NCBI GenBank assembly: GCA_030141605.1
Contig: JAQGDQ010000443.1
Location: forward strand, 124,001 to 188,000
Length of the DNA stretch: 64,000 nucleotides
Direction: 5' to 3'
Origin: Tubiluchus corallicola
Lineage: Eukaryota; Animalia; Priapulida
Part shown: piece after piece, positions 55,001-64,000 of the stretch
How positions within the stretch are numbered: position 1 is the first letter of the stretch
How the letters are laid out: each line of letters starts with the position of its first letter
Program-made: the position numbers and the translations under genes
Notes under the pieces: generated by a model
What the model saw: only the letters and a program-made list of their open reading frames with translations
What the model was told of the DNA's origin: nothing
Databases searched by the model: none

Positions 55001-58000
55001 AAAGACTGTAAAAGATTTCACCCGAGTCGCGTACCACTTTGACAGATTACAAAACACAAATTCTTGTTAGGTATAGTTATAACTGTAAGCAATTGTTCTA
55101 ATGTGTGTTTAGATGATAAGTTTTATTATCATCTAGCAGACTGGACTGGCGTATTATGTAGTTTTACCTGCAAGCTCTTCCTGGCAAAATTCTAGATTCC
55201 AACCGCATGCAGGTACGCCAAGTGGAATTTCTGTCCGACCCGATGGCCAAACAATAGAAACGTTCTCATAAAATGATATGTTCTGCTCCCTAAAATTAAG
55301 AAATATAAACCAATTTTACCACATTTCAGTACTAAAAGCGGTACAATGATTATTAGTTAGAACTGGAAATATTTTAATTAAGAAACTGCTTAATTAAAAT
55401 AAATAACTAGTTTTTAGTTTGCAACGGATGCATTTGCCTTTAGCAGTTGTGTGAAATTTTATTCTCATGCTGCGGTGTTCTTATATGCTTTTATGTTTAT
55501 GAATATCGATTTTTTTATTGTTTTATTGGCAAATAAAGATTATATATATATATATATAAGTACAATTAAATTTTTACCTGTGTAGTAGCTGCCCGACAGC
55601 GATTCTACTTTCGTTTCGTATGTTGTAAAGGACAAAATTTGGCACACGGTCTCCATTTTCATCTAAGACGACTAGACCTGCTTCATCTATTTACGAACAA
55701 ATTTGATTTACTTAAGTCATCCAGTAACTACAGCTTCAGGATATTTGTATCATTTATTATTTGCAGTGAACACATTAAACTTAGTGGTGAAATAATAAGA
55801 CTCACCACTGTAATTATTTGAACAAAATAAATATCTTTTCATGCATTGTAATTAGCAAAACTGTTTACTGTTATATTTGCAGAAGTCTAGAAACGTTTCT
55901 CCTTTGCCTCTTTTCAGTTAGTACTGTAGAAGATCGTTAAAACAACAGGTTTTAAAAACCACTAAGAGTAATCAGGCATGCTGACACAAAGAACACTAAT
56001 TCATCATCACATTCTGGATGAAAACTGCAAACTTCCAGAGTAGTGGAATGAACTTTTAATCAACATTTCCCAAAATGTTCTTCGTGGTTCTCAGAATCTC
56101 TTGTTTTGTTGTTTTAATAATTTTCCACGTTTACTGAAGAGAGACAGATGAAAACGTTTCAAGACTTTAGTAATTATACAAATAAACCTGCGAAATTGTT
56201 ATGCATGAAAAGAGGTTTGTTTTCTTGAAAAGCGTTACTGAAATTTTATGTTCCTGCTCATTATTATTATAATAATATTATATTATTATATTAGAATAAT
56301 TATGTTGTCTCATGTTGAGCTAGAGCACATCAACACGTTTTATTACATTCGGCTTCTGCAATCTGAAGCGCAGCATTCAACAGCAAAACTGCCAGGATCT
56401 ACTTAATGATGAGTAGGCATCCTCTATTGTCATGACCGGAATCTGGTTCATTATGAACGCACATCCTCTAATGCGACGGATTGATTAGCAGGCGTTCTTA
56501 ATACATACTCCCAAAACAAGATGAACAACCAGAGCAGCTACCCATTCATAAATTTACCAGTTTCAACATTGTTTAACTTTGGTTGCGACCACAGTCGGCT
56601 ATTAAAATCGCCTTGTATGTAGTTAAATACTTTATCAGTTGACGCAGATCTTTGATTAAGGCAAAACTATGTCAGCAGTTCGATAACCAACTATTCTAAG
56701 TGCTTATTTTTTGAGAAAAAGACACTTTGTGGAATTGTTACCCCACCAACAATTTGAACCTGCGACCTTCTGATTAGAACTTGAAAGCAAGTTTTTTAAT
56801 TCTAACTTGCCTGAAACAGTCGACATTGACCATTTTTATATCATCATTAAGAGTCAATGTTTAATGAGATTACCTTGAAATGATGTGGTGTACAGAAGTT
56901 CTAAAATTCTTTTTGTAATATTGTTTCCTTCATATCCCTCGGACAACGTTTTGTTCAACGCATGCGCATAAAGCAAAATAGCTTGACGCAAAAACGATGA
57001 AAATGCGCTTTTCTTCTTCTACAAAACAAAGAAAAATACCTGTGATTACATGTCAAATAATTACTATGTTCATATGTTAAAATACGTGTTAATACAGTGT
57101 TGATATATTAAATTGCACTGCAAATTAAAAAGTTCGCCATACAGAGAATAGTAATTGCATGAAGTCTCAGGCTATAAGAGTAAAGTGCCAGCATGGCTAC
57201 ACGTTTGCATTTCTAAAATACAAAACAACAATAACTGCATTTAGAACCATAGACTACGATGAAGATTTTTATCTTGTGGTCCAAAAAATTCTGCCCGACA
57301 TAAAAATGTGATTATGAACTTAGAAAGTCAAAGATCACAGTAACTGTGAACAAGAAGAAAAGAAACACTGGAATAAAACTAAACACATTCATGGGTTTAT
57401 TTCTGCAGCAAAAAATTATACTAAAGTTGCAATAAACACTGTCATGAGTTTATTTCTGCAGGAAAAATACCCTGAAACTACAGCGAACGCATCATGAGTT
57501 TATTTCTGCAGAAAAATACCCTGAAACTACAGCGAATGCATCATGAGTTTATTTCTGCAGGAAAATACACTGAAGCTGCAGTAAACACAACCACGAGTTT
57601 AGTTCAACAGGAAAATACACTGAGGCTGCAGTGAACGCATCATGAGTTTATTTCTGTAGGAATATACACCGAAGCTGCAGTAAACACAACCATGAGTTTA
57701 TTTAGCAGAAAAATACACTGAAACTGCAGTAAATACATTCATGAGTTTAGTTCAACAGGAAAATACGCTGAAGCTGCAGTGAACGCAATCATGAGTATAT
57801 TTCTGCAGACAAATGCGCTTAAACTGCAGTAAACATAACCATGGGTTTATTTCTCCAAAAAATGCACTAATAGTCTTTTGAAAAGAAAGAGAGAAGTGTT
57901 AGTAAGTGATGTTCAATAGACACATCCTACAGAATTCTCAACTTTATCAAAAAAGCCAAACACAACATTGTGCCATATAAAAACATACTGACCTTTGATT

Positions 58001-59646
58001 TATTGTCTCTTAAGCATAATAAAAGTCTTGTCTGTAACAGGCAACTAAACACACATAATGAATGAACACATGAGCATATTACTAAATATATTTATCAAGA
58101 ATTAGTGAACACCCAGAACTTTTACATCTATCCCTTGAGCAAATAGCTGTAAAGGCACACTGGACTGTTGTTAACTTAAGGAGGGTCTTAGAAGCTCTTT
58201 CGATGCTTTGCCGTCCCCGATAAAATTAGTTTATCAATTGCCTTTTAGCGAAGTGTTGCACTCCGACTTGGAACCCTTATTTATCAAAATATCTTGATTT
58301 GGTTGAAAATGCTCAGCGGTATTTCACTCGCAATCTATTTTCTCGGTGCAGTCTTAGCAGCATACCCTGACCGATTAGCATTTTTAAATCTTGAGCCACT
58401 TTGACAACGTGTATCCTATATTACATGGAGAGAGTGTTATTGACAAAGAAGACTAAGATTCATTATTTAGAAAAACACCATTATCTAATGTAAATATGGG
58501 TCACTCCTTGAAGTTACAGCCTACGCAATGCCAACTGGATTGTTTAAAATTTTTTACTTCAAACAGATAAATAAATCTGGAATTAACTCCCTGATTCAGT
58601 CGGCGGCGTCCCTTTGGTTTGTACTCAGAGAAACAAACTTAAAAAAATTTAAAATATGTAAATTTTAATAATCCTTTATCTTTTAGCAGGCTCCTGAGAT
58701 AGTAGCCTTGGCTCTTTGGTAATCTCTTAACTAGCCCGTTTAATACCTGTAGAATTTATATGTGCGCTGTACGTGCGTTTTATCCTGCTTTCATATTTTA
58801 TAATTTCTTGTAAAATTTTAATAAATTTAATATTTTTAATAAAGTTACATATTAAATAAATTAATAAATTAAATAAAATAATGAATCAGCACGTTTTCAT
58901 AAAAGTTCGGGTCTGGTTAAAGCCCTCCCAAAATAATCAATAATCCAGTGTGTCTTATACAGCTATATGCTTAAATGACACATGCAAAAAATTTCTGGGT
59001 GTTCACTAATCATTGACAGAGAATGTAGCGGATATTACATTCTCAGTCCTTGATGAACACATTTTGCTACTGAACTCGTGTGTGGGTACTCCTTCTATTC
59101 TTTCCATTCATTGTGTGTGTTTGTTGCCTGTTTTCAAGTTTTCATACATCACGAAATTATGTTTGACTTTATTAATAACGTGACATGCAGTTTTTGAAAA
59201 CCAACCATATTATTTCGTATGTGATCTTCAGCTTTACTCTGAAATGTTTGAATGTCGATAACACCTGTATAAAAAAAGATTAAATAAAGTCATTTTCAGA
59301 ATTGTTGCGCACATAGTGCCATTCACTCTTTAGAGAAGTATTTTATTCATAAAAAGCAGCATTAATGCTTAATCGTTTAAATTAATTTGATTGTCCATAA
59401 TTACAATTTTTATGTTTTTTAAACTTCATTTACAAATATTCACTTCTAAGTTTTATTTGTAAACGGAACTATTATTACCCTCATAAAGATAAAGTCTCTC
59501 TTTTAGTTCAGTAGATATGTTTAGTGTTTGCTGATAAGGCTTCAGGAACATGTTAAAAGCAAAGATGGCGTACTGGTCCTGTAGTCGACCTCCAAACATG
59601 TGCATGAATTGCGTTACTTCATCCAAATGCGCAAAAAATACAATTA
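26414..59646 (-). CDS. Receptor (transmembrane) guanylyl cyclase, NPR/GUCY2-like; multi-exon, 5'-partial in this window
   Basis: Hand-spliced exons (listed below) join in frame through GT-AG introns. They give ECD motifs ([32 protein letters not shown]...C), a TM helix, a kinase-homology domain ([42 protein letters not shown]), a coiled coil ([16 protein letters not shown]) and a cyclase domain ([40 protein letters not shown]). The Glu in VETIGD and Cys in RYCLFG are the established GTP-specificity residues. Confidence 0.96.
26700..26790. repeat. (GTA)n(GTT)n microsatellite
   Basis: Direct reading. Confidence 0.95.
27008..27074 (+). pseudogene. tRNA-like pseudogene or SINE head (AGC anticodon, Ala-like)
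   Basis: Acceptor-like stem GAACACG/TGTGTTC, anticodon arm TCTG-TCTAGCAAC-CAGA, T-loop TTCAAGT followed by CCAGG; D-arm truncated. Confidence 0.45.
27950..28048. repeat. About 53-bp tandem duplication
   Basis: taagaccaggtgaygtgcaaaatrtgtctrcttataaatttgcagg occurs twice. Confidence 0.9.
28730..28821 (-). CDS. rGC exon, cyclase ([30 protein letters not shown])
   Basis: LRIHVS...RG...K motif; ttttag acceptor, AAG|GTTAGT donor; absent from the ORF track. Confidence 0.95.
30765..31185. repeat. (ATAAT)n/(AT)n microsatellite
   Basis: Direct reading. Confidence 0.97.
31517..31640. repeat. About 50-bp tandem repeat, 2.5 copies
   Basis: gttgccacgatgattttc...ggatagtaacaaa repeated. Confidence 0.85.
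33705..33803 (-). CDS. rGC exon, cyclase ([33 protein letters not shown])
   Basis: Guanylyl cyclase signature motif; canonical splice sites. Confidence 0.98.
35104..35295. mobile_element. PIF/Harbinger (Tourist)-type MITE
   Basis: About 50-bp imperfect TIRs (TGGTGCGTTCAG...CTGAACGTGCCA); TAA target duplication at 35101-35103 and 35296-35298. Confidence 0.8.
37526..37700 (-). CDS. rGC exon, cyclase ([15 protein letters not shown]...LRIGIHS)
   Basis: Class III cyclase signature; CAG|GTAAGG donor. Confidence 0.98.
38346..38414 (-). CDS. rGC exon, cyclase ([23 protein letters not shown])
   Basis: Conserved 69-nt exon with canonical splice sites. Confidence 0.97.
41469..41592 (-). CDS. rGC exon, cyclase ([41 protein letters not shown])
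   Basis: Metal-binding SDIVGFT motif; GTGAGT donor. Confidence 0.97.
42071..42211 (-). CDS. rGC exon, dimerisation coiled coil ([27 protein letters not shown]...LLHRMLP)
   Basis: Highly conserved hinge sequence; AG|GTGGTT donor. Confidence 0.96.
44061..44235 (-). CDS. rGC exon, KHD C-terminus ([15 protein letters not shown]...[15 protein letters not shown]...LNKG)
   Basis: PPFRP and CW.E.P..RP.F motifs; canonical splice sites. Confidence 0.96.
44772..44915 (-). CDS. rGC exon, KHD (LFWIAPEHL...[19 protein letters not shown]...ITPK)
   Basis: W.APE and KGDV.SF.II motifs; ttcag acceptor, AAG|GTACTT donor. Confidence 0.95.
45660..45825 (-). CDS. rGC exon, KHD (GMAYLHST...[24 protein letters not shown]...)
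   Basis: HG.LKSSN pseudokinase loop; canonical splice sites. Confidence 0.96.
46060..46295. mobile_element. Hairpin/MITE remnant
   Basis: cttcggaagcttcttctgccactggcaaat pairs with atttggcaatggcagaagaggctgccgaag; outer arms also pair. Confidence 0.7.
46614..46790 (-). CDS. rGC exon, KHD ([16 protein letters not shown]...[12 protein letters not shown]...SDIAK)
   Basis: Typical rGC KHD sequence; gcag acceptor, AAG|GTAATG donor. Confidence 0.96.
49661..49837 (-). CDS. rGC exon, KHD N-lobe (ESDTTSRR...[15 protein letters not shown]...LQELKE)
   Basis: G.YKG..VAIK motif; GAG|GTAATG donor. Confidence 0.93.
50335..52480. mobile_element. Composite fold-back element
   Basis: Outer inverted arrays of about 17-bp units (ttttcgccagtc at 50338-50500; gactggcgaaaa at 52280-52480); inner inverted repeats of about 350 bp (50610-50960 and 51920-52275); a third diverged arm copy at about 51430-51700. 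Confidence 0.85.
52784..52913 (-). CDS. rGC exon, cytoplasmic juxtamembrane ([20 protein letters not shown]...GSKWSKL)
   Basis: LWKI..DDL motif; tgcag acceptor. The donor (CTG|GTCTGG) was chosen by phase and is uncertain. Confidence 0.85.
53041..53119 (-). CDS. rGC exon, transmembrane helix ([25 protein letters not shown])
   Basis: About 22 hydrophobic residues followed by basic RSRK; CAG|GTAAGA donor; tandem CAGTAG acceptor. Confidence 0.92.
55168..55289 (-). CDS. rGC exon, juxtamembrane ([40 protein letters not shown])
   Basis: I.WP.G...P..P.CG....C juxtamembrane Cys pair; canonical splice sites. Confidence 0.93.
55578..55686 (-). CDS. rGC exon, ECD ([23 protein letters not shown]...LLH)
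   Basis: G.V..D.NGDR motif; aaatag acceptor, CAG|GTAAAA donor. Confidence 0.92.
55815..56230 (+). mobile_element. Penelope-like remnant with inverted terminal repeats
   Basis: 55820-55950 is the reverse complement of 56100-56225; the core reads FWMK.LQT...GMN (frameshifted), like the GIY-YIG C-terminal motif. Confidence 0.5.
56874..57018 (-). CDS. rGC exon, ECD ([28 protein letters not shown]...TTSFQ)
   Basis: ttttgtag acceptor, AAG|GTAATC donor; conserved LYA.AL..TL motif. Confidence 0.9.
57365..57870. repeat. About 50-bp minisatellite, about 10 copies
   Basis: Consensus catgagtttatttctgcaggaaaatacactgaagctgcagtaaacacaac. Confidence 0.95.
57993..58031 (-). CDS. Candidate 39-nt rGC micro-exon ([13 protein letters not shown])
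   Basis: ttacag acceptor, AAG|GTCAGT donor, phase 0-0 and open; not required to keep the frame. Confidence 0.45.
58190..58880 (+). mobile_element. CR1-type LINE 3' end remnant
   Basis: [12 protein letters not shown]...[19 protein letters not shown] and W(N).LP-like motifs, then an A/T-rich tail. Confidence 0.75.
59206..59264 (-). CDS. rGC exon, ECD ([20 protein letters not shown])
   Basis: tttttttatacag acceptor, ATG|GTTGGT donor; provides the phase 1 to 0 change needed between neighbouring exons. Confidence 0.7.
59479..59646 (-). CDS. rGC exon, extracellular domain ([33 protein letters not shown]...LYLYE)
   Basis: ttcag acceptor, G|GTAATA donor, phase 1-1; resembles the VI...FM...YvFi segment of rGC ectodomains. 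Confidence 0.75.
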
Positions 59647-59964
59647 CTGAAACATAGAAACAATTCACCAACTCTAAATAATTGAGTTTTTATAAAATAA
59701 AAAGTTAGAAGCACCTTACAATAACAAAACTTGATAGTATATTAAATTTGATAAACGTTTTTATCACACTAAATGATTATCACTGTTGATCCTACACGTG
59801 TTGTTAGAAGACAATAAACAGAAAAAGAAGTTACATGAATATAAAAGTGAATATTTAAAGACTAATTTGCTGTACTAGTGTTATACGTTTTTGCACATTA
59901 TAAGTCAAAATTTGCACTTCGTAATTTGCACTTCAATCTGAGTGGATGCCCGTCTTTTGCGGAA

Positions 59965-60390
59965 TCAGACAGGGCAGTTTCCTGGTTCCAGGTTTGTTTT
60001 TTTTGTTTCATCAATGATCTACCAGATAGCATTTCATCTATTTTATTGAATTTTTTGCTGATGATACGAAACTATTACGTCAGTTTGTGTCTCTGATGAT
60101 TACCAAGTTCTGCAGGTTAACAAACTGTTTAAACATCTCGTGTTGTGTGGCTCAGATCATGATTACTGGACTGTTTAATATTTCATACAACAGAGAAAAA
60201 AAATATCTTAGTTGATAATCAGTTAAAGTTTCAGCACATATTAACCAGCAAGTTTGCAAAGGCAAACTCTGCATTGCTGACTTATTTGTCTATCTCATAA
60301 TGTACTTGGATGCTGATTGTATAAAGTGACTTTTAAATGTTTTGATGAGACAACACTTAGAATATGCAACATGCGTTTGGAGACCCGGTG
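59965..60390 (+). mobile_element. CR1/L2-type reverse transcriptase remnant
   Basis: GS.L.P.LF..FINDLP...FADDTKL, KAN and R.HLEYA..VW.P motifs, with frameshifts and deletions. Confidence 0.8.
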
Positions 60391-61418
60391 GTCTAAGAAC
60401 CCTGGCTCCATAGAGCAACATAACTGATACCAGGTTCCAAAGTTAAGGTAGGACCCCAATCACTTAACACAATGTTTTTGAATTTAAGTTTACGCCTAAT
60501 TCGATCTATCGTCTACTTGTTTTTATGGACTGTGCGAATTAATATTTAGCTCGTATGGCTAATGCTTTTAAAAGCTCGTAATAAAACTGTGCAAAATTTA
60601 AAGTCGTTTTTTTCGTTCGATTTATTAAGAAGTCTTGACAGTTGAAGATGTTTCTCAAATTGTTGTGTTAATAGGCTTATTATTTTATCTTTTCTGCTAT
60701 CTCTGCTCAGTAGTAATTTATTTGTAGTCTTTTCAGCTTATACTTACAAATTCTGCAGCGTTAAGGTTAAAATTTATCTATTGTAGACTGTATATTGGCT
60801 AAAGTGGGGCTTATGTAGCATCCGAAATGTGTATTACATTATGCGTTATTCACTAGCGGAATAAAAATCTACAGGACATAGCTGCAGAAAAAATAACGCA
60901 TAACGCAGATCTGATAAGCCAGGTGCATTGAATAGCGTGGTCTAAACCTGGCTTCGTAGAAAACATGTTTCTGTCGTTTTTTGTTGTGTTATTACTGGCA
61001 TGAATAACCGTTATTTAACTTGTCACTTGTTTATGCTTATATGCACCGTGTCATTGCACTTAGTTAATATTGTAGCTATTGTGAGCCGTAGTTACAGTAT
61101 AGTATAATTGAGCAGTAACTTCTCAGTCTTACTTATGACATGGCATTTTCTGTTATGTACAACATTAGCTATATAGTCTGGTAAGAAGCGGTGTCTTCTC
61201 CCCTTCGCCCTTCGCACTAATAAATTTAAGGTTTTTTACACACACCGTTAACGACTTTTGACTACCATTTTTAATATTAAACTTTGTTTACTATTTTCCC
61301 CTTTTCAGTGTAGTTGTATTAATTTATTCTTGCACTACTATACTCCGTCTTATTTACTTTGCTGCATTGCATTTTTATTGCCTTTTGAAGTGAACCGTCA
61401 GTTATCATACGACAATAA

Positions 61419-62990
61419 AGAAAGAAGAAGAAGTTACTAAAGAAGAAGTAAAGCACGCGGCAAAAACAACAAAAGCCCGGGCGCTGATGAATTAAATGCT
61501 GAGTTAGTCAAGTATGGATCAGATAATTTATATGCAGAAATTGCTGAAATTCTAAACAATATTTCAAAAACAGACACATTTCCGCAGGATATTCAAAAAG
61601 GAATACTTATCCCTTTACCCAAGCCAGGTAACAAACGTGGTCCTATAGAAAATCTTAGACCATTGATGTTGCTTACACTGCTAAGGAAGATTTTGGCTAT
61701 CTGTATGTTGACTAGGATCTATGACAGGTTACACACTTACATTCCAACAAGCCAAGCAGCATATCAACCAGGACGGAATACTACTGAATTAGTACCAGCC
61801 TGTAAATTACTAGCCGAAAAAGCCATCTCTTCTGCTGATTACTCAATATATATTCTCATGATCGATATGTCAAAGGCCTTTGATTGTGTTCGGAGAAAAA
61901 CTCTGCTATGCTGTCTGGAAGAAATCCTTGAACCTGATGAAATATACATCATAAGTATAGTGTTAGAAAATTTATTAATTCAAGTCAGGTGTGAAGGGAA
62001 ATTAAGTCAGCCGTTTTCTACAAACAAAGGAGTACCTCAGGGTACTGCCTAAGCCCTGTACTTTTTACTTTATATCTTGCCATAGCTCTCACTGAGGACA
62101 AAGTTATGCCATTGAAAGACCTAGAAGATCACAACTACACAATTCTTGATCCTGAATTAATACCGAATGAAGGAAGACAAGAACACAGTTACAGCTCTCT
62201 ACAAAGTAAGTCAACTACTATATCTATGCAGTATGCTGATGATGTGGCATGGATTACAAGAAACAGAAAAGACGTAGATGAAATAAAAAACTCAATAGAG
62301 GAGAAGCTGAACAGAATGGATCTCGTTGTAAATAAAAATAAAACTGAAGAGTTTCACATAACACGCCATGGTGATGAATCATGGCAAAGATGCAAGTATC
62401 TCGGTAGTCTGCTGGCAACAGAAGACGGCATATCAAGACGGAAGATAATAGCATTATCAGCTTACTCAAAACTCAAAAAAAAATTGAGAATAGAAGATAT
62501 CTTTGGAAACAAAAATTAGAATATTTTCAGCCTTAGTTGAAACTGTATTTCTGTATAATTCTGAGCACTGGACATTAAAAGCAAATCATAAAGCTGAAAT
62601 CGATGCGTTTCAAAGGCGAAATTACAGAAGCATTTTGGGTATTAGATGGCCAAAGAAAATTTCAAACAAAGATCTATATGAAAAAATAAAAGAAGAACCT
62701 TGGACAAGAAAAATAAAAAGACGCCGTTTAAGATGGATTGGGCATATGTTTAGACTACCTGGTGATATTCCAGTGAATATAGCTCTTCAACAAGCCATAG
62801 AACCAGCTAAAAAACCTGCAGGAGGACAAATGTTAACATATTTAGATTTTGCACAGAAAGATTTAAACGCTTCAGCATTGATCCTTAGAAATAAATCTAG
62901 TTGGGGCATTGCGGCGAGCAGGGAGTCCTGGCATAGGGAGGTGAGCAGAATCATGTCACTGGACGTATGATTCATTGGATGATGATGATG
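61419..62990 (+). mobile_element. 5'-truncated RTE-like LINE (RT with frameshifts)
   Basis: KSPGAD, IPLPKPG..NLRP, DMSKAFD, GVPQG, QYADD, KYLGS, RRLRWIGH motifs across ORFs 61663-62970; (GAT)n 3' tail; 12-bp TSD ATACGACAATAA at 61407-61418 and 62991-63002. Confidence 0.93.
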
Positions 62991-63002
62991 ATACGACAAT
63001 AA

Positions 63003-64000
63003 GCTTCACATTTTACCTACTGATAATTATTTTTTATTTTTCTTAGTGACTTTGATGCTAAAAGCAGTGGATGATTCAGTTCAGGTGGCAGTGATACACA
63101 TGCTAACAAATTATTTCACTTTGTCTCATAATTTAATTCGGTTCGTGCATGAGCTTACACGTGTCACTGAATTATTCCATGTTTTATCAGTGCGACCATT
63201 AGCCAGTGTTCTGTCGTACATCCCTAGAAGTACCACTATCCACTATTACACTAGGTAAGTACATTACTATGAACAACTGATTGAGCAAAATTAAATAGTG
63301 CCATTGAAGTACTAATTGGGACATCCAATTACGAGGCCCGAATTTGATCAGTACTGTGTCTACTTTACTGAACAGCTTCAATCATTAATCGACTTGCACA
63401 CTCTATCACTTATTACCATCAGACCCAAAGACAAAGCGTGTTTACGAAGGCATGAGAATCTCATATGGAACAACTTTAAGAAATGTCCCAAAATATGTAA
63501 TTTCTGAAACGCAAAATTTCAACAGAGCCGAAAAAAATTCCAGTAAAACAACTTTACTAAAAAAGTTACCTAATAGGTTATCAACTTTTGACACTACCAA
63601 GAATCCTTGGTAGAAAGTTTGGAAATCCGTGTGCTGTAATAAGAATTATTTGAATATACCCCCTTTACAGAAGGACGCAATTTGATACCGGTAAAGCTAA
63701 CATTTTCATCTCTTTCTTTTGTGCTTAGTCTGCTCTAGATCCAATCATCCAATCAAATACCTCTTTTTTTACAAAACCATCGAAAAGTTATGTAATATTA
63801 ATAGAACTCCTAACGAACTCCATGATTTGCTTTTAAGCTTAAATACGCTAAAAGCACCAAGTGTCGATTCCATTAGTAACTAGGTTGTAAAAGAAAACTG
63901 CTGTGTATATTCCAACCCTTCTTTTCGTGTTATTTAACTCATCTTTCCAAACATCAATTTTTCATAAAATTTGGAAGAAGGCCAAAGTTTATCCAAATTT
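63003..64000 (+). mobile_element. Older degenerate CR1/L2-type LINE ORF2 (endonuclease, linker, start of RT), running off the window
   Basis: FLSDFDAK (GDFN-like), NLIRFVHELTRVTE, ITIRPKDK, LNTLKAPSVDSISN, LFNSSF...WKKAKVYP; multiple stops and frameshifts. Confidence 0.75.

Overview
AT-rich eukaryotic (animal, probably invertebrate) genomic DNA, not prokaryotic; most of the six-frame ORF track is microsatellite or intronic noise. The main feature is a spliced minus-strand gene for a single-pass receptor guanylyl cyclase (NPR/GUCY2-type). I traced 19 exons plus one tentative 39-nt micro-exon from 59646 down to a TAA at 26414. All junctions are GT-AG and phase-consistent (2498 nt, about 832 codons). 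They encode the C-terminal part of the extracellular domain, the TM helix, the kinase-homology domain, the coiled coil and the cyclase domain. The 5' exons were not found and probably lie beyond position 64000. The rest is mostly mobile and repetitive DNA: a non-autonomous Gypsy-like LTR element with PBS, PPT and TSD; a 5'-truncated RTE-like LINE with a 12-bp TSD nested in an older LINE; CR1/L2 remnants; hAT and PIF/Harbinger-type MITEs; nested fold-back elements; a Penelope-like remnant; minisatellites and long compound microsatellites. I found no convincing new biological system. The best leads are a KGIG/NYSSR variant in the cyclase motifs, an orphan signal-peptide exon with a GC donor facing the receptor gene, and an intronic inverted repeat covering the 3' splice site of the candidate micro-exon.
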